From: Clostridiales bacterium
GTDB taxonomy: Bacteria > Bacillota > Clostridia > Lachnospirales > Lachnospiraceae
Assembly (NCBI GenBank): GCA_012520655.1
Contig: JAAYNW010000032.1
Location: 25,899 to 89,898, forward strand
DNA length: 64,000 nt
Direction: 5' to 3'
This document shows positions 46,629 through 55,522 of this stretch, one piece after another. The first letter of the stretch is position 1. The number at the start of each line of letters is the position of its first letter. Made by a program: the position numbers and the translations under genes. Below the pieces are notes generated by a model. That model did not search any database. It saw nothing but the letters and a program-made list of their open reading frames with translations, and was not told the origin of the DNA.

Positions 46629-47108
46629 CTAAATTTGTTCTACATTAAAAAAACGCATCGCCCCCGGATCACCCTTCATCAGCTCCACACCATATCCGGA
46701 AAGTGCTCGTTTCGCCCTTTCCCGTTCCTCAGCATTCCTATGATAAGCAGTAGCACACTTTTCGCAAAGAGCTCCGTGACGGATATTGGCGCCACAAATC
46801 CCGCATTTCATAAATGATCTGGAATTAGACGCTATTTCCAATCTGGATTCCCTTAGCATCTGGTGTATCGCCTTCTGGCTCACTCCCGTTCTCTCAGCTA
46901 TTTCCCCGGCTGTGGCTCCCGGATGCTTTTCGATATAATTACGCGCTTTCCCGTAATCATCATAAGCGAGGGCATGGCAATCTTCACACTCATATTCTCC
47001 GACACCTTTAAAAATCATTATACCACCACACTTATCGCATTTATACGGCCTGTTATAATCATATTTACCTAAAGACGATTCAAAAACAGCAATTTCTCTA
47101 TTACTCAT
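46629..47108 (-). CDS. YvyF-like zinc-ribbon/HTH protein
   Basis: CxxC..CxxC, an HTH-like GATAGEIAERTGVSQKAIHQML, and a second CxxC..CxxC pair. Confidence 0.7.
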   Translation of the reverse strand: MSNREIAVFESSLGKYDYNRPYKCDKCGGIMIFKGVGEYECEDCHALAYDDYGKARNYIEKHPGATAGEIAERTGVSQKAIHQMLRESRLEIASNSRSFMKCGICGANIRHGALCEKCATAYHRNAEERERAKRALSGYGVELMKGDPGAMRFFNVEQI

Positions 47109-47111
47109 ATA

Positions 47112-48407
47112 CTACCCCATTTCCGATGATACATCATCAATTGCTTTTCCAATATCATGGCGCATATATTTATTATCATAAATTACCCACTCTGTAGCTT
47201 TATAAGCATTTGCTCTCGCTTCTTTTAAATCTTTTCCCTTCGCTGTAATCCCAAGAACTCTTCCGCCGTCCGTCATTATACCGTCTTTCGTCAGCTTCGT
47301 GCCCGCATGAAAACAATAATAGCCGTCTTTTCCGTCAAAATTCTCAAGGCCGCGAATCACATAACCTTTCTCGTATTTTACCGGATATCCGTCCGATGCG
47401 AGAACAACGCATACCGCCGCATTATCTTCGAACTGCAGATCGACCTCATCCAGCTTCCCATCAATACATGCATTCAGCACTTCTATAATATCGTTTTTCA
47501 TTCTCGGAAGAACTACCTGTGCCTCCGGATCGCCAAATCTGGCATTATATTCCAAAACTTTCGGTCCCTTATCGGTTAACATAAGTCCAAAAAAGATAAC
47601 GCCTTTGAATTCTCTTCCTTCCGCCGCCATTGCATCTACCGTCGCTTGGTATATATATTTGCGGCAAAAATCATCCACTTCTTTTGTATAAAAAGGACTG
47701 GGGGAAAAGGTTCCCATTCCGCCCGTATTCAATCCCTGATCTCCGTCCATAGCCCGTTTATGATCCTGCGCGGAAGTCATAGTCTTTACCGTCTTTCCAT
47801 CCACAAACGAAAGTACGGACACCTCTCTGCCTGTCATAAACTCTTCAATCACCAGTCTGTTTCCTGCCGACCCAAACTGCTTATCCAACATAATAGTTCT
47901 TACGCCTTCCTTAGCTTCCTCCAGTGTATTACAAATCAACACCCCTTTCCCGAGAGCCAGACCATCCGCCTTCAGTACAATCGGAAAGCCTTCCTCGCCG
48001 AGACCTTCGAGATATGTGATTGCCTCATTCGCATCATCAAAGTTTTCATAGCTCGCCGTAGGAATATGATATTTTTTCATCAAATCCTTGGAAAAGGCTT
48101 TGCTTCCTTCCAAAATTGCCGCATTTTTTCTCGGTCCAAATGCTCTGAGTCCTGCATTATTAAGCTCGTCCACAAGTCCTCCTACAAGAGGATCATCCAT
48201 ACCTACAATCGTTAAATCAATCGCTTTTTCCTTTGCAAACGCTACGATCTTCTCAAATTCCATAGCTCCTATGGGAACACATTCCGCTAACTGTCCGATA
48301 CCGGCATTTCCCGGCGCACAATATATTTTCTTGACCCTCGGACTCTTTGACACGCTTACCGCTATTGCATGCTCTCTGCCACCGCCTCCGACAATCAGTA
48401 CTTTCAT
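47112..48407 (-). CDS. purD: Phosphoribosylamine-glycine ligase
   Basis: GGGGREHA, KADGLALGKGV, GLNTGGMG and EYNARFGDPE. Confidence 0.98.
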   Translation of the reverse strand: MKVLIVGGGGREHAIAVSVSKSPRVKKIYCAPGNAGIGQLAECVPIGAMEFEKIVAFAKEKAIDLTIVGMDDPLVGGLVDELNNAGLRAFGPRKNAAILEGSKAFSKDLMKKYHIPTASYENFDDANEAITYLEGLGEEGFPIVLKADGLALGKGVLICNTLEEAKEGVRTIMLDKQFGSAGNRLVIEEFMTGREVSVLSFVDGKTVKTMTSAQDHKRAMDGDQGLNTGGMGTFSPSPFYTKEVDDFCRKYIYQATVDAMAAEGREFKGVIFFGLMLTDKGPKVLEYNARFGDPEAQVVLPRMKNDIIEVLNACIDGKLDEVDLQFEDNAAVCVVLASDGYPVKYEKGYVIRGLENFDGKDGYYCFHAGTKLTKDGIMTDGGRVLGITAKGKDLKEARANAYKATEWVIYDNKYMRHDIGKAIDDVSSEMG

Positions 48408-49033
48408 CTATGTACCCTCCTACATTTTCCGTCTTTTATCTCTATCTTGCCGTTAGCTATCAAATTAATCGCTTCCGGCATAATAATCCATTCTGCCTGC
48501 TCCATCACACGCTTCTGCAAAGTCTCCGGCGTATCTGCCTCTTCCACTTCTACCGCTTTTTGTAAAATAATAGGTCCGGTATCCGTCCCGGCATCTACGA
48601 AATGAACTGTAGCTCCCGTTACCTTTACCCCTCTTTCGAGCACGCTCTCATGTACCTTGAGCCCGTAATATCCCTTTCCGCAAAAGGATGGAATGAGAGA
48701 AGGATGTACATTAATAACTTTGTTCGCATACTTTTCTATCATCGTCTCAGGAAGCACTACCAGAAAACCTGCCAAAACAATCAAATCGGGAGCCGATTCC
48801 TCCACCGCGTGTAAAAGCGCTTCATTAAATGCTTTTCTGTCCGCATAATCTTTCGGCGATACGCAAACTGCCTCAATGCCGTTCCTTTTCGCCCTCTCCA
48901 GCGCATACGCATTTCTATTGTTACTGATGACCCTTACGATTTCAGTACCGGCGATGGTTCCTGCTTCGATCCCATCGATGATCGCCTGCAAATTCGTGCC
49001 GCCGCCGGACACGCATACGACCACTCTCAGCAT
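48404..49033 (-). CDS. purN: Phosphoribosylglycinamide formyltransferase
   Basis: [23 protein letters not shown] and DTGPII. Confidence 0.97.
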   Translation of the reverse strand: MLRVVVCVSGGGTNLQAIIDGIEAGTIAGTEIVRVISNNRNAYALERAKRNGIEAVCVSPKDYADRKAFNEALLHAVEESAPDLIVLAGFLVVLPETMIEKYANKVINVHPSLIPSFCGKGYYGLKVHESVLERGVKVTGATVHFVDAGTDTGPIILQKAVEVEEADTPETLQKRVMEQAEWIIMPEAINLIANGKIEIKDGKCRRVHR

Positions 49034-50052
49034 AAAGCCACTCCTTTTTCTCCTGCTTCTACATGTCCTACTACATAAGGGGCTTCACCTGCCGCTCTAA
49101 TCGCTTCCATGGCTGTCCCCACCTGATCTTTATCTAAGGCGAGCACCATACCCAGCCCCATATTGTAAGTGTTATACATCATCTTTTCTTCCAAAGCGCC
49201 CTTTTCCTTAAGAAGATTGAAAATAGGCGAAATATCATAACTATTCTTATTTACTACCGCTACCGCTCCGTCCGGCAGCATTCTCGGAATATTTTCATAG
49301 AAACCGCCGCCTGTAATGTGGCTGCAGCCCTTGATTGTAACGCCTGCCTCTTTTACTGCTTTAAGCGCCTTCACATAAATCTTGGTAGGAGCGATTAACG
49401 CCTCTCCCAACGTCTTGCCGAGTTCATCATAGTAAGTGTTCAAACTCTCTTTTGTCATGTCGAATACTTTTCTTACAAGTGAAAAGCCATTGCTATGTAC
49501 TCCGGAAGATGCAATGCCTACAAGAACATCGCCTGGTTTTATATCCGCTCCCGTAATCAAATTCTTTTCATCTACAACACCTACGGCAAATCCCGCAAGA
49601 TCGTATTCGTCCTCCGGATAAAATCCCGGCATCTCAGCTGTTTCTCCGCCGATAAGAGCCGCTCCGGACTGAATACATCCGTCCGCTACTCCCTTTACTA
49701 TCGTCGCAATCTTTTCCGGATAATTTTTACCGCATGCAATATAATCCAGGAAAAACAAAGGTTCACCGCCCGCACAGGCAATATCGTTCACACACATGGC
49801 AACGCAGTCTATGCCTACCGTATCATGCTTATCGAGCAGGAATGCCAGTTTCAACTTTGTTCCGACGCCGTCCGTTCCCGATACAAGCGTAGGTTTCTCC
49901 ATATTTTTAATGCCGGCAAGCGAAAAGGCTCCCGAAAATCCTCCCAGACCTCCAAGCACCTCCGGCCTCATCGTTTCCTTCACATATTTTTTCATTAATT
50001 CTACCGACTTATAACCTGCCTCAATATCCACACCGGCGTTTTTGTAATCCAT
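49027..50052 (-). CDS. purM: Phosphoribosylformylglycinamidine cyclo-ligase
   Basis: [32 protein letters not shown] and HITGGG. Start at ATG 50052 (GGAGG SD). Confidence 0.97.
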   Translation of the reverse strand: MDYKNAGVDIEAGYKSVELMKKYVKETMRPEVLGGLGGFSGAFSLAGIKNMEKPTLVSGTDGVGTKLKLAFLLDKHDTVGIDCVAMCVNDIACAGGEPLFFLDYIACGKNYPEKIATIVKGVADGCIQSGAALIGGETAEMPGFYPEDEYDLAGFAVGVVDEKNLITGADIKPGDVLVGIASSGVHSNGFSLVRKVFDMTKESLNTYYDELGKTLGEALIAPTKIYVKALKAVKEAGVTIKGCSHITGGGFYENIPRMLPDGAVAVVNKNSYDISPIFNLLKEKGALEEKMMYNTYNMGLGMVLALDKDQVGTAMEAIRAAGEAPYVVGHVEAGEKGVALC

Positions 50053-50121
50053 GACATTTCCTCCACTGTTCACATTATAATTTGCATCGTCTGTGCCGCA
50101 AATTGCATACCTTTTCATTTC

Positions 50122-50625
50122 TTATCGATAATTCTTATAGCCTACTTCCTGCAGTTTTGCATCTTTTTCCTGTACGCTCTCTCCTAAAGTCTTGCTGTAA
50201 GCTTTCAGCTTCGCAAGCAGCTCCGAATCAGACGTAGCCAGGATCTTCGCGGCAAGAATGCCTGCATTAGCGCCGCCGTTGATGGCTACCGTGGCCACCG
50301 GAATACCTGAAGGCATCTGCACGATGGAATAGAGAGAATCTCTTCCTCCAAGCGATGTCGTATGCATGGGAATACCAATGACCGGCATAGGGAAAATCGC
50401 CGCACACATACCGGGTAAATGAGCTGCCATTCCCGCACCTGCAATAATTACTTTGAGTCCGCGTTCCTCTGCGCCCTTCGCATATTCAAAGAACACATCC
50501 GGTTCTCTATGCGCCGAAATGATATTCATTTCATAAGAAATTCCAAGCTCCTCCAAAATATCCGCAGCTTTCGCCATAACCGGCATGTCCGAGTCGCTTC
50601 CCATAACAATACCAACCTTTGCCAT
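50122..50625 (-). CDS. purE: N5-CAIR mutase / AIR carboxylase
   Basis: VGIVMGSDSD, SAHR, AGMAAHLPG and PVATVAI. Confidence 0.97.
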   Translation of the reverse strand: MAKVGIVMGSDSDMPVMAKAADILEELGISYEMNIISAHREPDVFFEYAKGAEERGLKVIIAGAGMAAHLPGMCAAIFPMPVIGIPMHTTSLGGRDSLYSIVQMPSGIPVATVAINGGANAGILAAKILATSDSELLAKLKAYSKTLGESVQEKDAKLQEVGYKNYR

Positions 50626-50712
50626 CACTACTCTCTCCTCTTTTTTTCTTCTAGTTTACTAAAATTCTCTTATGCACGCAACCTATATTTTCTTAGTTTT
50701 TTGGGACTTTGC

Positions 50713-52773
50713 CTATTGTCCAAAGGGCTTATTCAATTCCTCACAGCCCTCCAGAACAAACCTTCCTTTTAAGATTATGGGTATTACCTCGTTATCCGCA
50801 GTAACTGCCGACAGCTCTCCCAATTCATCATAAGGAATGGTTATATCCGTATGACAGTTAAAATACGCTTTTTTACTGTCGGTTTTTCGAAGGACGGACA
50901 CCTCGTTATCACGGGCGATGATCGCTTTGCCGTCCGGATTATATGTTACCATATCCTCTTCATGGGAATAGCAGGTATCTCCCACCGCAAAATGCGGTCC
51001 CATTTTTTCCGCAATCAAAATCGGCAGTTTATCTCCGATTCCGTATTTCAAAGCAGCCATATAGGCTACCGTATTCGTCCCTATGGCAAACTCCCCGATA
51101 GGAAGCGTATCATGATGGAACATAATATTTTCTTTTATATACTTTTTATTTTCTTCTTCCGTCTCGAAGTTAGTGCAGCAATAATCGGTTATCATGCCGT
51201 CCTTAAACGTAATCTTAAGATTGATATACTCCAATTCTCCGAGAAATACTCTGCTTACGTGAAGAACGCCCTCCGTTCCCGCAAGTTTGGGCGAGGTAAA
51301 CACTTCTCCCACCGGAATATTCACATCTGCAACACAGTTTTCGAAGTTCGTCTCTTTATCCGGCGACTTGAGTTCATGAAGACTTATCTTAAGGGAGGTT
51401 TCATTATCTCCCATTCCTTTTACGAGCACGTACTTCGCACGATCCAGTGTATCTATAATGACCTGCTGGATATCCCGATAAAGCTTATAATCCAGAGTAT
51501 TTATTTTTACAATTTCATCAAAAATCTCTTCATATTTATCCCCAATTGGTGGAACCGGGAACGAGATAATCGTAAAGCTTCGTTCCTCACCTTTTATATA
51601 TTCGTTCTGCAGTTCTCCTGCTGCAGACATATATTCCACAGAAAGCTTCTGCTGTTTCTCCGATAGGCGAAGAGCCTCTTTTTTGGTTTCGGGTGCAAAA
51701 GGTGTTTCTCCGAATATCTCCATCACCGCAGGACCGCCCAACAAGGCCGCTTCTTCTTTCAGCGTCTCATAAGCCTCTTTCAATACCTCCAGCCTGCGGT
51801 TAACATATTGTTTATCCAGATAGAGCGCCTGATCGTCTTTATGGTCGTAGTCATACTGCTTGTTCGCACTCGTGCCGAAATAACCGATCTTATTCACGCC
51901 TTTTCCTTGAAAAGCACTGACCCCTGCACGGTATATGACGGGTTTCATTCCTATCTTTTCAAAATTATACACTGCCTCTTTTATCATCCGTTCAAAGCCA
52001 AGAGAATACCTTATATTTACCGTTTTCTTCTTCGTAATATCCTTACCGCACACTTCAAAGCCTATGCGATACCCTTCTGTATAAGTATCTGCCATAAGCT
52101 TTATCTCGTCTCGGGACATATCGTTCAAATGCTTTGCTGTCTTAAGTTCGCTGTCCGTCACATATTCTCCGAAATAAAAAAGATACCGCAAGTCCTCCAA
52201 GTCGCTGTCCATAATAATTCTAAGTGCAAAATCTTTTTCCGGACAAAGCTGCTCACGAAGGCGCTTTTCAGCCTCCGGCTCCGAGTAGTCGCTGACAAAC
52301 CAATAAATGATTTGTCTCAGCTCCTCATAAACCGGTATGCCATTTTCCTCACGGGCGCTGCAAAATGCATAATAAACTTCCAAAAACAATTCCATGCGGA
52401 TAATCATCTCAAAAAGATCCTGTTCGTAGGCAAATACAATCAGGCTTCGTAATTCCGTATACAGAAAAGACAAAAGCTGCCCATATTCCTCCCCCAGTTC
52501 CTTAACCCCATATGCGGGATTCGCATAACTCATCGCATATTGTTCCGGAAGAACATCTTCATACAATTTCCTGTTGTGCGCCTTCAATTCTTCCATGGAC
52601 GCTTTCCTAAGCTGTCCGCTTCTTACATATTCATACGTGTCCGCCATTTGACATAAAAATGCGGCTGTACAGCTAAAGTATCTCTGATATCTTTCTTCCA
52701 GATACTTCTCATCTCGTAATTCCTTTATTCTTTCCAGAGAAAGTTCATATCGTTCCAACATAATCCCGTTCAT
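50713..52773 (-). CDS. M29 (aminopeptidase T/AmpS-like) metallopeptidase with long N-terminal extension
   Basis: NIPVGEVFTSP, GEFAIG, EKMGPHFAVG and HTD metal-site motifs in the C-terminal part; 686 aa. Confidence 0.85.
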   Translation of the reverse strand: MNGIMLERYELSLERIKELRDEKYLEERYQRYFSCTAAFLCQMADTYEYVRSGQLRKASMEELKAHNRKLYEDVLPEQYAMSYANPAYGVKELGEEYGQLLSFLYTELRSLIVFAYEQDLFEMIIRMELFLEVYYAFCSAREENGIPVYEELRQIIYWFVSDYSEPEAEKRLREQLCPEKDFALRIIMDSDLEDLRYLFYFGEYVTDSELKTAKHLNDMSRDEIKLMADTYTEGYRIGFEVCGKDITKKKTVNIRYSLGFERMIKEAVYNFEKIGMKPVIYRAGVSAFQGKGVNKIGYFGTSANKQYDYDHKDDQALYLDKQYVNRRLEVLKEAYETLKEEAALLGGPAVMEIFGETPFAPETKKEALRLSEKQQKLSVEYMSAAGELQNEYIKGEERSFTIISFPVPPIGDKYEEIFDEIVKINTLDYKLYRDIQQVIIDTLDRAKYVLVKGMGDNETSLKISLHELKSPDKETNFENCVADVNIPVGEVFTSPKLAGTEGVLHVSRVFLGELEYINLKITFKDGMITDYCCTNFETEEENKKYIKENIMFHHDTLPIGEFAIGTNTVAYMAALKYGIGDKLPILIAEKMGPHFAVGDTCYSHEEDMVTYNPDGKAIIARDNEVSVLRKTDSKKAYFNCHTDITIPYDELGELSAVTADNEVIPIILKGRFVLEGCEELNKPFGQ

Positions 52774-53114
52774 ATCCCATACGCTCCTGCATATAAAATG
52801 ATGCTGATAATGGCCAATACCGCAGTATTAAATCCAATCCCCAAATAAGAGAATAAATAATATCTGTCTTTCTCCATTCTGGAAAGTATTCCCAATATCA
52901 ATCCTGTTAAGGAAAAAAGAGTTACCAAAAAAACTGCCGCGCCATATTGTGTCACCGCAGCTCCTTTATTTTTATAAGACAAATAAATTGCTGCCGTAAC
53001 AGAAACGGCAGAAATAATACCCAAAATAGTTGCCATAATTCCTTTTTCCGTATGTTTCTTTGCCGTAAAAATATATCCGCTCTTACGGCCCTTATGATGA
53101 TTTCTACGGTTCAT
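52770..53114 (-). CDS. Small three-TM membrane protein (DUF6142-like)
   Basis: Basic N-terminus with YIFT..KH, then three hydrophobic helices. GAGGTG SD before ATG 53114. Confidence 0.7.
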   Translation of the reverse strand: MNRRNHHKGRKSGYIFTAKKHTEKGIMATILGIISAVSVTAAIYLSYKNKGAAVTQYGAAVFLVTLFSLTGLILGILSRMEKDRYYLFSYLGIGFNTAVLAIISIILYAGAYGI

Positions 53115-53124
53115 AATCACCTCT

Positions 53125-53150
53125 AAAAGGGCATTCCTTTTCGAATGCCC
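53125..53150 (-). terminator. Intrinsic terminator after the 50-aa ORF
   Basis: GGGCATTC-loop-GAATGCCC with TTTT on the minus strand. Confidence 0.7.
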
Positions 53151-53157
53151 ATAACAT

Positions 53158-53310
53158 TTAAAATAAGATTTTTGATTTACCGGATAAAAGTTTTGCTCCG
53201 CTTATAATGAGGAGAACACCTCCTGTAATCCCTGCCACCAACGTTACGACACCGATTACAATGTTCAAAGCTCCCGAACCGCACATAAGCTTATAAATTC
53301 TTTCTTCCAT
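53158..53310 (-). CDS. Unannotated 50-aa membrane protein
   Basis: GGGAGGAG SD. Translation MEERIYKLMCGSGALNIVIGVVTLVAGITGGVLLIISGAKLLSGKSKILF, a Gly-rich hydrophobic hairpin. Confidence 0.75.
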   Translation of the reverse strand: MEERIYKLMCGSGALNIVIGVVTLVAGITGGVLLIISGAKLLSGKSKILF

Positions 53311-53324
53311 ACCAGCACTCCTCC

Positions 53325-53999
53325 CTATTTGGCTCCATAAGTTTCATAATATGCGTCAATTGCCGCTTTACATGTATCATCAATATAGATTGTACCATGA
53401 TATGGCTTATTATACAAATATCCTACCACTTCTTCCATCGTTACGATAGCATTCGCTTCAAAACCATATTTCTCTTTAATTTCGTATAGCGCACTCTTTT
53501 CTCCTTGTCCTTTTTCCATGCGATTCAAAGAAACTATTAGCCCTTTGATTTCCACATCAGCCTGCGCTTTAAGAATAGGGAAGGTCTCTTCGATAGACTT
53601 GCCGGAAGTCGTCACATCTTCGATAATCACTACACGGTCACCGGCTTTTAATTGGCTTCCGAGAAGTATGCCCGTATCGCCATGATCCTTCTCTTCCTTT
53701 CGATTGGAACAATATCTGACATCCTTTCCGTATAGTTCGCTGATTGCCATAGTAGTCGCTACACTGAGAGGTATTCCTTTGTATGCCGGTCCAAACAGAA
53801 CGTCGAAATCGAGCCCGTAATTATCATGAATCGCTTTGGCATAATATTCTCCCAGCTTTCTGAGCTGCGTACCGGTCACATATCCTCCTGCATTCATAAA
53901 AAACGGAGATTTGCGTCCGCTTTTCAGTGTAAATTCTCCGAATTTAATCACCTGACTGTCCACCATAAATTCAATAAAATCCTGTTTATACTGTTCCAC
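53325..53999 (-). CDS. pyrE: Orotate phosphoribosyltransferase
   Basis: FGEFTLKSGRKSPFF, FGPAYKGIPL, NRKEEKDHG and IIEDVTTSG. GTG start. Confidence 0.96.
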   Translation of the reverse strand: MEQYKQDFIEFMVDSQVIKFGEFTLKSGRKSPFFMNAGGYVTGTQLRKLGEYYAKAIHDNYGLDFDVLFGPAYKGIPLSVATTMAISELYGKDVRYCSNRKEEKDHGDTGILLGSQLKAGDRVVIIEDVTTSGKSIEETFPILKAQADVEIKGLIVSLNRMEKGQGEKSALYEIKEKYGFEANAIVTMEEVVGYLYNKPYHGTIYIDDTCKAAIDAYYETYGAK

Positions 54000-54051
54000 G
54001 TTTCTTAAAACCTCCGTATTTACGAGTCATTTACTATTCTTGCATTTCCTT

Positions 54052-54080
54052 ATTTTAACATGTTTCCTATCTCTTTTCAA
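54052..54080 (-). promoter_or_regulatory. pyrE promoter
   Basis: TTGAAA, 17 nt, TG-T-TAAAAT. Confidence 0.65.
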
Positions 54081-54100
54081 TCCGTACGCCCAAAGCCGTT

Positions 54101-55030
54101 CTATTTCTTCCCGGCCAATGCCGCAGCAATATCTTCACGCATCTCTTCCACCGCCGCACGAGAGGCCGATCCGAAATTTTCCGCTCCGAACTCCGCATAT
54201 TTCTCCTCCTGATATGCCGCTATGATTCCTCTGGAAGAGTTTACGATAGCTCCAAGTCCGTCCTCATTAAAGAAATGCACGAGATCGGTGCCTTTTCCGC
54301 CCTGCGCACCGTAACCCGGCACGAGAATATAAGCTTTCGGCATAACTTTGCGCAGCACCTTTCCCATTTCCGGATAGGTTGCCCCGACTACCGCACCTAC
54401 ATAGCTATAGGAATTTCCCATATGTTCTTCTCCCCATTCGGCAACCTTCTCTCCTACAATTTCATAGAGCGGTCTGCCGTCAATCAATCTGTCCTGGAAT
54501 TCTCCACTGCTGGGATTAGACGTTTTTACGAGTATGAAAATACCTTTACTCTCTCTCTTGCAAACAGCCATAAACGGCTTCACTCCATCCGAACCGAGAT
54601 ACGGATTTACCGTGGCAAAATCTTCATCAAAGCCATAGAAAGATTGACTGCCAACCTGTACTTTGCCAAGATGACCTACCGCGTAAGCCTCCGAGGTGGA
54701 GCCTATATCGCCTCTCTTAATATCTCCGATCACTATAAGACCTTTCTCCTTACAATAATCCACCGTCTTCTTAAAAGCCTTTATTCCTTCCACTCCAAAT
54801 TGTTCGTACATCGCAATCTGTGGTTTCACTGCCGGAATCAAGTCATATATATTATCAATAATTTCTTTATTGAACTGCCAAATCGCCTCTGCGGCCCCTT
54901 CCAACGTCTCCCCGCATTCCTTATAAGCTTTTTCGGTTACATGCGCCGGAATATATTTCAGCACGGGGTCCAGACCTACTACGATAGGTGCGTTTGTTTT
55001 TTTTATCTTAGATACCAGTTGATTAATCAT
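54101..55030 (-). CDS. pyrF: Orotidine-5'-phosphate decarboxylase (subfamily 2)
   Basis: VGLDP, KPQIA, DIKRGDIGST, TVNPYLG and LVPGYGAQGG. True start at ATG 55030 (GGGAGG SD). Confidence 0.95.
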   Translation of the reverse strand: MINQLVSKIKKTNAPIVVGLDPVLKYIPAHVTEKAYKECGETLEGAAEAIWQFNKEIIDNIYDLIPAVKPQIAMYEQFGVEGIKAFKKTVDYCKEKGLIVIGDIKRGDIGSTSEAYAVGHLGKVQVGSQSFYGFDEDFATVNPYLGSDGVKPFMAVCKRESKGIFILVKTSNPSSGEFQDRLIDGRPLYEIVGEKVAEWGEEHMGNSYSYVGAVVGATYPEMGKVLRKVMPKAYILVPGYGAQGGKGTDLVHFFNEDGLGAIVNSSRGIIAAYQEEKYAEFGAENFGSASRAAVEEMREDIAAALAGKK

Positions 55031-55100
55031 AAAGGTTTTCCTCCCATTTCTATAAGCAAATTCGTTCCGCATAACGGTTCGCGCACAACAAAGGCGTTGT

Positions 55101-55505
55101 CTATAGTGCAACGCCTTCTAAATCTTTAAGTACATATATGTTCTCCACATAATCCGGTACTCTATCTTTTTCCACCCATTCCAGTTCTCCGTATTCCTCG
55201 GACAAAACAATATTATCCTCTTCATTCTCATCGATACTGCACAGGTAAGCGATTCCCACACATTGGGAATCCCCTACCATCTGAGACCATGTATATACAA
55301 TGCGTTCAATCTTTCCTTCTACGGATAAAAGTTCTCTGATTGCCCGCAAAACCGCATCATCCGGTGCCTCTCCGTAATTTACTTCCGAATCGATAAATTC
55401 CCATATAAAGGGATCCGGAATACGATCGTCCACCCATCTCTTTATCAGTAAATATTTATCGTCTTTTTTAATGATTCCTTTTACCTTTAAATAAACATTC
55501 TCCAT
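55101..55505 (-). CDS. Nudix-fold protein with degenerate Nudix box
   Basis: MutT-like layout (GII...YLLIKR...WEF), but the box reads DSEVNYGEAPDDAVLRAIRELLS. Confidence 0.75.
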   Translation of the reverse strand: MENVYLKVKGIIKKDDKYLLIKRWVDDRIPDPFIWEFIDSEVNYGEAPDDAVLRAIRELLSVEGKIERIVYTWSQMVGDSQCVGIAYLCSIDENEEDNIVLSEEYGELEWVEKDRVPDYVENIYVLKDLEGVAL

Positions 55506-55522
55506 ACTGTCCTCCCGTTATC

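Noticed and set aside
50053-50118. N-terminal ORF-track extensions (purM, also cysE, pyrF, nrdD, TPR gene, rbr, 8525 ORF)
   Set aside because: In each case a downstream ATG has a strong SD and coincides with the family N-terminus, so the longer starts were discarded.
55081-55106. GCACAAC-AAAGGC-GTTGTC inverted repeat upstream of pyrF, sharing GCACAACA with the carA box
   Set aside because: The half-site spacing differs from the NrdR box and it overlaps the Nudix stop codon; more likely an RNA hairpin or chance.
54275-55129. 284-aa plus-strand ORF (and similar ORFs at 50851-51666, 40434-41180, 21785-22483, 42718-43380, 61036-61674)
   Set aside because: Each is fully antisense to a clearly identified gene (pyrF, aminopeptidase, radA, purL, clpC, araC), has no motifs or SD, and has typical shadow-frame composition.
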